From an uncultured Christensenellaceae bacterium (GTDB taxonomy: Bacteria; Bacillota; Clostridia; Christensenellales; UBA3700): a stretch of DNA of 64,000 nt. The notes below the pieces were generated by a model that searched no databases, was not told where the DNA came from, and was given only the letters and a program-made list of their open reading frames with translations. The stretch covers positions 6,341-70,340 of the forward strand of contig CALWBV010000004.1 in NCBI GenBank assembly GCA_944376205.1, in the 5' to 3' direction. Shown one piece after another: positions 53,313 through 63,700 of the stretch; the stretch's first letter is position 1, and each line of letters starts with the position of its first letter. The position numbers and the translations under genes are program-made.

Positions 53313-54344
53313 TTACATCGTTATTGTAACTTTGTTGAGGTTTCTGGGGGTGTCGACGTTGAGACCCTTTGCAAGACCTATATTGAGAGCCAGGAGGCTG
53401 ATTGCCGTGCCGTAAAGTACGGGAGCTTCGACGGTGTTTGCCTTGGGCATAACGATTTTATCGGTAGCAAGTTCGAGAATTTCGGGTACGTCGCTGAATA
53501 CCGTGAGATTTGCGCCGAGTCCTTTAGCTCTTTTTGTCATGTCAATAAATTCCTGTTTGCATTCGCAGTCGGGAGCGAGAAGAATAACGTTGGCTTTGTC
53601 GTCAAGCAACGAAAGAGGACCGTGCATAAAGTTTGCCGAAGAGTACGAGCGGTTGAATAGATAGCAGCATTCTGTAAGTTTGAGTGCGCATTCGTCGCCC
53701 GTGCCGAGCATAGTGCCTCTCGAAAGAATGATGAAGTTGTTTTTGGTGTAAAGTTTTTTTGCGACTTTTTCGATCTCGGGGTTGAGATTGAGAATTTCCT
53801 GTATTCTGTCGGCAAGTTTGTTCATATCGCAATTGAGATTGCCTCCGAGCGCTTCGGTGAGCATATAGAGTGCGAAGAGTTCGCCGATATATGTCTTTGT
53901 AGCGGCTACGCTCTTTTCTTCTTCAACGTCCATAAAGAGGTGGAAATCAGCATTCTTTGCGATAGGGCTTTGAGCGTTGTTGGTTACGGCAACGGTGAGT
54001 GCGCCGTTTTTCATTGCCTTATCCATAACTGCGATTGTATCCTTGGACATACCGCTTTGGGAGATAACGACCATACATGTATTTTTCATGTCTACGTTGC
54101 AGTCGTATACAGTCGTAAGAGAGGGATGATACTTCCCTACCTTTATACCCGTTTTGAGGGGGCATACAAAGGAGAAAACGGTAGCGGCATTGTCGGAAGT
54201 ACCTCTTGCCATGGTTACGATATTGGTGATGTTTCTTTGCTTAAAAGCCTTTGCTATGTCGGCAAGTACGGGAGTACAAGCGGCGATAGTGCGTTTCATC
54301 ATCGAAGGTTCGCTGAAAATTTCTTGTTGCATCAATGTGGTCAT
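53313..54344 (-). CDS. Tandem SIS-domain sugar-phosphate isomerase/deglycase (GlmS C-terminal-like)
   Basis: MQQEIFSEP.., VTMARGTSDNAA and VVISQSGMSKDT are SIS motifs. 343 aa. SD aagaggtg. Confidence 0.75.
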   Translation of the reverse strand: MTTLMQQEIFSEPSMMKRTIAACTPVLADIAKAFKQRNITNIVTMARGTSDNAATVFSFVCPLKTGIKVGKYHPSLTTVYDCNVDMKNTCMVVISQSGMSKDTIAVMDKAMKNGALTVAVTNNAQSPIAKNADFHLFMDVEEEKSVAATKTYIGELFALYMLTEALGGNLNCDMNKLADRIQEILNLNPEIEKVAKKLYTKNNFIILSRGTMLGTGDECALKLTECCYLFNRSYSSANFMHGPLSLLDDKANVILLAPDCECKQEFIDMTKRAKGLGANLTVFSDVPEILELATDKIVMPKANTVEAPVLYGTAISLLALNIGLAKGLNVDTPRNLNKVTITM

Positions 54345-54437
54345 ATTTCACCTCTTAAAAGTTATTTGCATTTAGATTATAGCATAAAAAGCTGTTCTTA
54401 ATCAATAGTATTTGGTTTTTGATTGATTTATGCTCAT

Positions 54438-55712
54438 TCAATGGAGAAGCGTATTGACGAATTGTTCTGCCATACGTCCGGATTTAGCGCCGTTGCGCAT
54501 AGCCCAGGTAAGCGCTTGTTTGTCGAGTTGTTCGACGTCCGTCGTAATTCCTGCCCTCTTTGCGAGTTCGTGTACGATATTGAGGAATTGTTGTTGGTCG
54601 GGCGAGGGATAATATACGCTCAAACCGAAACGTGCGACGAGAGAGAGTTTTTCGTTTTTGGTATCCGACTTGTGCAGTTCGTCGTCTGCGCTTCTGTCAT
54701 TGCCGTCGCTGTAATTTTCTTTGATAATGTGTCTTCTGTTGGAAGTGGCGTATATAAGTACGTTGTCGGGTTTGACTTCGAGACCGCCGTCGATAATGGC
54801 TTTGAAGTATTTGTATTCTACTTCGAAGTCGTCGAAAGAAAGATCGTCGAGATAGAGGATATATTTATAGTTTCTCGAAGATATCTGACTTATGATGTCG
54901 CTGATAAACATAAATTGATGTTTATAGATTTCTATTACACGAAGACCTTTGTCGTAGTATTCGTTGATAAGAGCCTTTATCGTTGAGGACTTACCCGTGC
55001 CCATATCGCCGTAAAGGAGGGCGTTGTTGGCTTTTTTGCCTGCAAGGAAAGCTTCGGTATTCTGCACTACTTTTTGTTTTTGCAGTTCATATCCTACAAG
55101 GTCGCTCAAACGCTTGTTGTCCATGCTCGTTATCGGCAAAAGCTGTGAGGTGTGGTGCGTGATTTTCTTTTGGGGAAGAGAGTCTTTTGCGACTACTCTG
55201 AAAGCTTTGTTGAGTCCCAATTCTCCCACGCCGTAAACTCTGTAGAAATCCGTTACGCAATCGAGAAAAGACTGCGTCGAGTTGCATTTTTCGAGATTTT
55301 TGCAAAATTCTGCGATAAGGTTAGCATAGGGCTTTGCAGATTGCGTCAAAGTGCTTTTGAATTTTGCCAGATAAATGTCCGTATCCGCAATAGGCTTTAT
55401 ATACGAAAGATTGTAGTTGAAAATTTCCATAAGGTTGCGGCAATCGTCGTAAGCAATCTGTTTGAGAGTACCGTCTATCGTGTCTCTGCGCTCGTATGCG
55501 AGAGAAAAGGCGTTGACGTCGCTTGCTATAAAATACGCAATGTAGTAATGCCAGCAATTGCCCTGTACGGCATGCGTATTGGCAAAATCGAGAAGATCGC
55601 CGAGCGTATTGTTCAGATTGACGGAAGGGTCGTTTTGAGACAATCGTACGAACCTTTCGAGAATGGTATTTGATATATCGTAAAGTTTAAGTTTTGACGT
55701 AAGATTTATCAT
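54438..55712 (-). CDS. DUF815-type AAA ATPase
   Basis: NNALLYGDMGTGKSSTIKAL (Walker A), YILYLDDLSF (Walker B). I prefer the start MINLTSK at 55712 after gagga; the listed 55745 remains possible. Confidence 0.7.
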   Translation of the reverse strand: MINLTSKLKLYDISNTILERFVRLSQNDPSVNLNNTLGDLLDFANTHAVQGNCWHYYIAYFIASDVNAFSLAYERRDTIDGTLKQIAYDDCRNLMEIFNYNLSYIKPIADTDIYLAKFKSTLTQSAKPYANLIAEFCKNLEKCNSTQSFLDCVTDFYRVYGVGELGLNKAFRVVAKDSLPQKKITHHTSQLLPITSMDNKRLSDLVGYELQKQKVVQNTEAFLAGKKANNALLYGDMGTGKSSTIKALINEYYDKGLRVIEIYKHQFMFISDIISQISSRNYKYILYLDDLSFDDFEVEYKYFKAIIDGGLEVKPDNVLIYATSNRRHIIKENYSDGNDRSADDELHKSDTKNEKLSLVARFGLSVYYPSPDQQQFLNIVHELAKRAGITTDVEQLDKQALTWAMRNGAKSGRMAEQFVNTLLH

Positions 55713-56083
55713 TATTTTTTCCTCGGGCATTATTATATCATACATTAATTATAAATGTAAACGCATATGGAGGCACATATTTGCGATTTTGCAAAAGCCT
55801 GCACGTCGGTAAAACAGATATATTTGTTTAATAATCAAATAGAAATTTTTTAATCGTATTGTTTGAGTATTGGATATAAGCGCCTTAACTAAATATATAT
55901 AATAATATTATTTTAATAATTTATACAATTTACATAAGGCCTAAATTGTATAAATTAAAATGTCTTTCATGCGTGTGCGCGCTGTGCGACTTTAGACGGC
56001 TCCCATTGGAAAATTTTGTGTGTTGTGCTTAAAAAAGTTAGATGTTAAAATGAAATCACAAAAGATAAAAGGAGGTCGTTAAT

Positions 56084-56959
56084 ATGAAAAGACTTACAAA
56101 AGCAAGTATGACATTGATATTGTGTACTCTGATTTGCGCCTTTAGTTTTGCGGCGTGTGCAACTCCTTTAGAGACGGAAAAAGATTGGGTGGTCGATTGG
56201 GATAAATTCCAACCTTCCACGGGACTCCCCTTGCCTGACGGCGGCGACGATTCGGACAACGAGGAGGATAATTCGCAGGATTCGGATGAAGAAGAATCTC
56301 AACCCGAAGTGCCTGTCGTGAACTACTCTTACATGATAAAAAGCAACGTATCCTCTCTCAATATCCGCTCTGCGCCTAATACGGGAGCTGCAGTCGTAGG
56401 AAAGATGGACAAAGGAGACATGTTGAGATTCGAAGGCGAATCAAACGGTTGGTACAAAACTGTTTACAAACAAAAGACGGCATACGTATATGCAGGTAAC
56501 AGTTATGCGTACATAGTCAAGATGGTTCAATCGAATGTCAAGGTAGAAAGCGTAATTGCAATAGGAGAAACCTTGATGGGATATCCTTACGTATGGGGAA
56601 GCCAGCGCTATCATTGGGGCAACGGTAAACTCAATACAAACTTTGTTCAGGGACAATATGACTGTTCGGCGCTTATGCAATACATCTATTATCACGGAGC
56701 AAACATAAATCTCGATCTTACTACCCGTACGCAGGTATTGCAAGGCAGGGAGGTTGCTGACGGAGATCTTCAAAGAGGCGATCTGATGTTCTTTACCAAC
56801 TCGTCAAGATATAATCTGACCGGAGTGGAAAGAATAGGACACGTAGCGCTGTATCTCGGAGATAACTATATATTGCATACTGCCAGCGACTTTGCGGTAA
56901 TTGAGGAAATCAGCAGTACGAGATGGAAATATTTCATAGTTGCAAAAAGATTTGTATAG
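56084..56959 (+). CDS. SH3b plus NlpC/P60 (C40) cell-wall peptidase lipoprotein
   Basis: Lipobox SFAAC. Acidic linker. SH3b: LNIRSAPNTGAAVVGKMDKGDML..NGWYK. C40: YVWGS..YDCSALMQYIY..GHVALYLG (Cys/His). Confidence 0.85.
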   Translation: MKRLTKASMTLILCTLICAFSFAACATPLETEKDWVVDWDKFQPSTGLPLPDGGDDSDNEEDNSQDSDEEESQPEVPVVNYSYMIKSNVSSLNIRSAPNTGAAVVGKMDKGDMLRFEGESNGWYKTVYKQKTAYVYAGNSYAYIVKMVQSNVKVESVIAIGETLMGYPYVWGSQRYHWGNGKLNTNFVQGQYDCSALMQYIYYHGANINLDLTTRTQVLQGREVADGDLQRGDLMFFTNSSRYNLTGVERIGHVALYLGDNYILHTASDFAVIEEISSTRWKYFIVAKRFV

Positions 56960-57024
56960 AAGTCAAAAGGCGCAATCGTATGGAAGTGCCTTGCGATAAA
57001 CAAATTTAGCTATCCATAACTTTT

Positions 57025-57069
57025 TCGCCGTCGGTGACAAACAATACGTCTGCGGGCGGCGATTTTTTT
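57025..57069 (+). terminator. Rho-independent terminator
   Basis: tcgccg-(26 nt)-cggcga followed by ttttttt. Confidence 0.55.
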
Positions 57070-57795
57070 GTTAAGAAAAAATTTTTGTTCGTTAAGCCTT
57101 GACAATTAATAAAAAATTCGAAATAAAAACGTATGATATAAGCAAAGACAATACGATCCAAACTTAAAAAATCTTAAGACGAAACAAATTGATTTTAAGA
57201 AAAAATGAGCATATTTTTGCTGTGATAATTGAGTGATATTGCGAGTTTCTTCATATAAAAAATATGGACAAAACGGTTATATTTTTTATCTTGCTAGCGA
57301 TTCGGATTTTTAGAAAAACCGTCAAAAAGGAAATTTTGCTGCGAGTAAATCTTGAGGAGGAGAAAGCGTTGATTGTTTGTGTGTGAAGGCGCTTGTCGTC
57401 AAGGCTTATCAAATGACATACAAGCATTTTAGACGATAATTTTTTCGACGTTGAAGAATAGGCAAAACAATTCGATAATCGGGGGAAAATAGCGGGCTAC
57501 AGAAAAAATTATTTGCATTGAAAATTTCGGGATTTTTCATAATGTCTTTGCCAATTTTTCTATACACAAATCTCGGAAACTATAACGCTTATTATAATAA
57601 AAATAAGATGATATGATTTTATCTCAAAAGACGGTTTGATTTTATTAGGTCAGCATATATAAAAGATAGGTTTTCCGATATTACAAAAATATGTACGATT
57701 TGTGTATCATATACGGGATGTGAAAAAAATCGGAAATGCTTGTCGTGAAGTTTAAGGGGGACATAACTTACTTATATTCTCTTGCGATTTTATTA

Positions 57796-57824
57796 TTGCT
57801 AAAAGGATATAATCGTGTTATAAT
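57796..57824 (+). promoter_or_regulatory. Promoter of the two-component operon
   Basis: -35 TTGCTA (57796-57801), 17 nt, extended -10 TGtTATAAT (57816-57824). Confidence 0.55.
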
Positions 57825-57874
57825 GTTTAAGAAATAAATTCATCGTCGACTTGTTGTCGGCGGCGGAGGGCTGT

Positions 57875-58549
57875 ATGAAATTTTTAGTTATCGAAGACAA
57901 TATCAATCTTAATCAGAGTATAAGAGACTGTTTGAGCAAGCTGGGTACAAGCGACGCTGCATACGACGGACTCGAAGGTTTGTCTATGGCGGAGTCCAAT
58001 ACCTACGATCTTATAATTCTCGATTTGTTGTTACCCAAGAAAAACGGATTTGAAGTTTTGCAGGAGTTGAGAAAGAAAAGCACTTGTCCGGTAATCATAC
58101 TTACCGCCTTAAGCAGTACGGATAAGAAGATCGAGGGACTCAAACTCGGTGCCGACGACTATTTGCCCAAGCCTTTTGACAGAGACGAATTGGTTGCGAG
58201 AGCGGAAGCCGTACTTCGCAGATACAATAACAATTTTCATACAAAATACACTTACGATAATATCGAACTCGATTTTGCAAACAAGATGTTCAAGGTCAAC
58301 GGCGAATACGTCAAACTCGCCGGCAAAAAGTACGATATAGTCGAATATCTTATTCGCAACCGCAATATCATCATACCTAAAGAACAGCTTTTCAACAGAA
58401 TCTGGGGTTTTGACAGCGATACGGTAATTACCGTAATAGAAGTTTACGTCTCCAATTTAAGAAAGATACTCGAGAAGTACGGTTGTAAAGACTATCTTAA
58501 GACAATAAAGAATATCGGATACATGTGGAGAGAAAAAGTTGAAGATTGA
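57875..58549 (+). CDS. OmpR/PhoB-family response regulator
   Basis: MKFLVIEDN..DLIILDLLLPKKNG..KLGADDYLPKPF is a receiver domain, followed by a winged-helix C-terminus (TIKNIGYMW). I prefer the ATG at 57875 after ggaggg. Confidence 0.9.
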   Translation: MKFLVIEDNINLNQSIRDCLSKLGTSDAAYDGLEGLSMAESNTYDLIILDLLLPKKNGFEVLQELRKKSTCPVIILTALSSTDKKIEGLKLGADDYLPKPFDRDELVARAEAVLRRYNNNFHTKYTYDNIELDFANKMFKVNGEYVKLAGKKYDIVEYLIRNRNIIIPKEQLFNRIWGFDSDTVITVIEVYVSNLRKILEKYGCKDYLKTIKNIGYMWREKVED

Positions 58550-59798
58550 GGACAACAGCAGAAAATCTCCTATGGAAAAAAATACTATGTTTACTATCTT
58601 AAACATAGTAATTCCTTTTGTGATTTTTTTGTTATCGACGATACTCATTATTCAAATTTGGAAAATTAAACTAATGAGCGACCTTACTGTCAGAACAAAG
58701 ACGTACGGCCGCGAATTTGCCACAACGAAAATACTTACCCGCAGCGAGGCGGCGACTCTTACCGATACATGGTACGTCATTTATTATGACAGCGAAGGAA
58801 ACAGGCTTGACGATAAAGGATTGGGAAGCGTACCGGTAGAAGGAATGCCGGAGAAGTATGTAGATGTAACGGAAGAAGTGTACGATTTGAAAGAACAGAG
58901 CTATCTTGCTTTTTCTATGCCTGTCGTAAAGGAAAATGACGCCGGGGCGGCATATCTTATGATATTCAGGAATATAAAGAGTGAAAACGCTATTTTTGAA
59001 GAAGGTACGGCAATTTCCATTACGATAATGTTGGCGGCAATGGCGCTTGTTATAGTTTTTGCGGCGATAATGGGTAAATTCCAAATAAAGCCCTATAAGA
59101 AACTTGTCGCCAGCAGCAACAGAATGATTTACGATATTTCGCACGAACTCAATACTCCGCTAGCCGTTATAAAAACCAATGTTGACAATATACTTGCTCA
59201 TTCGGACAAAACGATAGAGGACAGTTCGGACAAGCTCATGGTTATTCTCGATGAAGCGACCAGAATGAAGAGAATGGTCAGAGATCTTCTCGAATTGTCT
59301 CGTTCGGACAACAACAGAGTTGTTGTGAATAAGACATATTGTAATGTGTCGCAGCTTTTGCAGGACCTTGTAGAGCCTTTCGAGCTCATGTGTGAAATGG
59401 ACGATAAAACTTTCGTATCGGATATTACGCCCAATATAATGGCGACCACCGATGCCGATAAGATACGTCAGGCGGTCATGATATTGCTTGATAATGCCGT
59501 AAAATACACGCGCAAAGGCGATGCAGTGATAATACAGGTGCGTCATACGTCTACAAAAGTGCGCATAAGCGTAGCGGATACAGGCAAAGGCGTGAGCGAT
59601 GAGGATCTTGAAAAGATATTTGAGAGATTTTATCGTGCGGACAATTCCCGTACGCAATCTACAGGCGGAAGCGGACTCGGATTGTCCATAGTAAAGTCAA
59701 TAGCGCAAACGTTGAGATGGAATGTGCATGCAAGCCATAATTATCCTCACGGATTCAGAGTGGATATCGAAATGGATAAGATCGACGACGGAGTGTAA
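58539..59798 (+). CDS. Sensor histidine kinase (two TM helices, HisKA plus HATPase_c)
   Basis: H-box ISHELNTPLAVI, N-box LLDNAVKYT, G-boxes DTGKGV and GGSGLGLSIV. The TTG start overlaps the RR stop, and GGAGAG lies 6 nt upstream. Confidence 0.88.
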   Translation: MKIEDNSRKSPMEKNTMFTILNIVIPFVIFLLSTILIIQIWKIKLMSDLTVRTKTYGREFATTKILTRSEAATLTDTWYVIYYDSEGNRLDDKGLGSVPVEGMPEKYVDVTEEVYDLKEQSYLAFSMPVVKENDAGAAYLMIFRNIKSENAIFEEGTAISITIMLAAMALVIVFAAIMGKFQIKPYKKLVASSNRMIYDISHELNTPLAVIKTNVDNILAHSDKTIEDSSDKLMVILDEATRMKRMVRDLLELSRSDNNRVVVNKTYCNVSQLLQDLVEPFELMCEMDDKTFVSDITPNIMATTDADKIRQAVMILLDNAVKYTRKGDAVIIQVRHTSTKVRISVADTGKGVSDEDLEKIFERFYRADNSRTQSTGGSGLGLSIVKSIAQTLRWNVHASHNYPHGFRVDIEMDKIDDGV

Positions 59799-59848
59799 AT
59801 TCAACTTTTATCGTCGGATTTGACAAATAATGGAGATTAAAATAAAAG

Positions 59849-59876
59849 GCTTCGGGAGTGTTTCCGAGGCTTTTTT
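59849..59876 (+). terminator. Rho-independent terminator
   Basis: gcttcgg-gagtgttt-ccgaggc (one G:U pair) followed by tttttt. Confidence 0.7.
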
Positions 59877-60768
59877 GAAGAATAACCACGGATTGAGATG
59901 TGACGCCGTATTGAGGTTGTTTTCGGATATCATGCGTATAGAGAAGCAAAGTAAAATATTGCGGTCAATACGCTAAAAGAAGCGTAAACAGAGAGATTGT
60001 GACAGAATGTCTGAGAAGTAAAGATGCGCATGTCTGTGCCTGCGAGTGCGAAAGGTATATTGTTATCATAGATAGAACATATCCATATATCCTTTTTCCA
60101 ATGTGCTCATATCTGTATGCGATAGGTTATGCCAACTTTATTATAGGAGAAGAATGGCGCATTCGTGTAAAATAATAACTTAAAGTGTTATATCAATGAC
60201 AATTGCAACGGGGAAATCGCAAGAATAATTGCTAGGTTCGCTTGTTTAATTGTCATCAAAATCAGTCCTATTTTGTCCATATAAATCCAAAATTATGCAT
60301 CTTTCAAAAATAAAAAACGACGCAAATTTTAAGTAATGTTTATGTTGTTGAATTCAAATTCTAATGTCAATTATCGTAGCAAGAGAGTTTGAACAGGTGT
60401 TTTTATTAATATAAGTTATCAAAATTCGGTCAATATTACAACCTTAAGTAATCAGGTGCAGAAATTCATAATTTGACAAAATTTGAAAAATTAAAACAAA
60501 ATTTACGTCAAATTTTAAGCTTTATTTAAGATTTGCAAATGTAAAGTTTTTGTAAAATATTAAATAACTATTACTTGTGCAAGTTATCTTGAAAGATCAA
60601 TTTTTGTGCTAATGTGTCAATTTTTTAGTCGTTTTGGTATTACATCTTTGACTTGTGTCGTGCAAAATAGTTTATATATAATTTGCGATGGAAATTTTTA
60701 AGTTTTCTTTAAGGTACTATTCCTAAAATGAGTGTGCACTATAAATTACTAATATAGGAGAGGAATTT

Positions 60769-63700
60769 ATGAGAAAATCTAAACTTATAGTTTTACTGGT
60801 TTTAGTGATGCTTTTCGTTTTCATTCTCTCTGCCGCTATGGTTGCGTGCGACGTTAACGACGGCGAGGACAACGATGAAAACGAAACTTCCGGCGAACCT
60901 ACAAAGCCGCCTATCCCCCCTAATCCTCCGTCAGGAGAAACGGATGTCGATGACGACCTATATCTTACTCCGAGAGAAGCTCTTACAAAGATTCTCGACG
61001 GTATAGGCGCTCCTGAAAATGCCTTGAATCTCGATTTCCAGGTCAAAGTGGATATGCCCGACACGCAAGAAATTCTTACGATTGCGGTATTGGCTAATAT
61101 CTACAGTGAGGTCCGCAACGAGATTTTGGTAGGCTTTTACATGCAGGGCAAAGACGAACCGGACGAGAACAGAGAGCTTAAGTATGCGCTTTACATCGTC
61201 AACGGCAAGGCTTACATCGACCTCGGCAAGGATGAAAACGGTCAGCAAAGAGCGCTTTTGTATCTTGCTGATTTCAACATGAATTACATAATGGCGATGC
61301 TCGAGAAAGCTCCTGAACTTTTGGGAGATCTCGTTCCGATGCTTGAACAGTTGCTTAAGGACAACAATATCAACATTACTTTCGACGGAATTCTCGAAAT
61401 GCTTATTCCTATGTTGTTCCTTGCACCTGAACTTACCGCAAATGAAGACACCGGTGCTCTCGAAAATATACATATGGAGATTACCTTGAGAGACTTCATC
61501 GGTAATATTACAAGCGTTCTCGGAATTTTCGGTGCTACGGCATTGCCTGTCGATATCAATACTTTCCTTCAGTATTTGCTTAATGACGTAATTCCCGATG
61601 CAAAATTCTACCTCGATGCAGATCTCGATCCCGACGGTAAAATAACCGATCTCGAATTGAGTTCGATAGAGGGTTCGCAGACAAATAAAGTGCAGTTCGA
61701 CATGACAATAAGCGAGACTGCAGGCGAAGTTCCTATTCCCGAAATCGAAGAATTGGAAATCAGCGAATTCAGTCTTACCAACATCAATTTTGCAATTGAT
61801 TTCACTCTCGGTACCAGAGAAAATACCGACGGTACAAAGACGCAGCTTGACGTAGGAAAGATCATCAACGGTTTCATGGGACAAAACATTCTTCCTCTCG
61901 ACGTACTTTTGCTTGAAGGCGGTACGGGACTCAGAATGAAGTTTGCTCTCGACCTCGATCTCAACTATGAAAATGCTCCCGAAGATAACAATAAGATAGC
62001 CATCGAACTCTTCCTCATAGACCAATACGGCAACTATCAGGAGTTCGTCAACGACGATCCTAACGGTCAGCCCGAACCTCAAATGGGAATTTACTATACG
62101 GACGGTTCGTTCTATCTCAATCTCGACAATTTGCTTCCCAACTATATGAAGGGAGTCAATGTTAAGATCGATGCAGGTTTGACCGATCTTATCGATGCTC
62201 TCGTAACGCTTATTACCGACGCTATCGACGGTGTATTCGGTATCAGCTACGACGATATCAAGAACAGCGGAATGCAGATCGAAGACAACGGCAAAATTTC
62301 CACGACTTCGGATGCGGACGTTCTTGCATTGTTGTCCAGCGCTGCGGCAAACGGAACTCAGGTTCTTGCTCTTAACGGCGGTGTAGAAAGCGAAACTATG
62401 TATATTTCTGCCGGCGTACAAGGCTTTATCGCAGCTCTTGCCGAATTGCTCAAGTTGCCTGAAAATATAAAGGTTGACGAAGATTCCGATTCTATTCTCG
62501 TTATTGTAAATAACGATTTCCTCGCTTCTTTGAACAGCCTTATGGCAACCAATGAAAATCCTCAACCTATAAAATTCGCTTTCCCCGATTATATGGGCGA
62601 TATTGTTTTGTCCGTAAATCTTTCCGATATCGGTCTTGAAAGCGTCGCAGTAGACGCATCGATCCTTGATGAAGGCGGCGCTCCCGCATTCGACGTCGGT
62701 GTGAAGATCTGGGATTTCCTTATCGGTACGGCTAAAGAAAATCTCGACGTTTATATTTCTGACAGAGTAGACGTAGATAATACGAGTTATCTCACATCTC
62801 TCAACGGCGTAATCGACAAAGTTCTCGGCGGAATTACCATGAGCAGCAGATTTACGATGTCCTTTAACAAGGGCGTATACGATCTTGCTCCTTTCATAGC
62901 AGGCTTCGGCGTATCGCAGTTGGCGAATACCGAATTGCTCTGGACGTTTACCGAAGACTTTATGCTCGATGCACAACTCAATGTTCAGATCGCGCTCAAT
63001 AAAGAAGACGCATACAACAGTCAGCTCGTAGTAGAGCTCAAGACTCTCAACGGTATCAAGGTAGGCGATACGGAAGTTATAGCTCCTAATACCGTAATGA
63101 TAGGTATATACGGCTATCACAACCAAATCTTTATAGATTTGTCTAACCTTAAGGTAGCTAGTATTACTTTGCCTAAATTAAGTTTTACTCTCAATTTCTC
63201 CGATCTTGTATATACATTGTTGGGTGACACTCTCAACGACTTGCTTGCAGGCGCCGGATTTACCGAAGGCGATTTGCCTTTCGAATTCGACCTTGTTGAA
63301 CTTCTCGGTCTCAATAAGGGCAGCGGAGACGGCTCCGAAAGCACTGTTTCTACCACAGCTTATACGGCTGACGGTAGCGAAAGCGGTGCTACCGACGACG
63401 GTTCGCTTGCAATTCCCGAAGAAGAACTGAATGCAATTCTCTTCGGTCTCAACTGTGACGAAATTTACGCTACGGTATCTATCGCAGCTATCATGACTAT
63501 TTTGTCGCAGACGCAGACAGAACTCGGTAAGACGATTGCCGAAGCACTCGAACTCATGGAACTCGATCTCTCCTTGAGAATGGGCAGAAAAGACGGATTC
63601 GAATTTAATTTTGCCGGCGAACTTATTCCTATGCAGGACGAAAACGGCAATGCTGTTTACTATTACAGCAAGGACGATCCCAACGTACTCCTTCCCAGCA

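Noticed and set aside
53127-53660. 177-aa plus-strand ORF overlapping the SIS gene 3' end
   Set aside because: It starts in an intergenic region, runs antisense into a well-supported SIS gene, and crosses its terminator.
57264-57389. 41-aa ORF (MDKTVIFFILLAIRIFRKTVKKEILLRVNLEEEKALIVCV) in the spacer upstream of the two-component system, considered as a possible signalling or bacteriocin-like peptide
   Set aside because: It has no SD, no leader or double-glycine motif, and no adjacent processing or transport genes.
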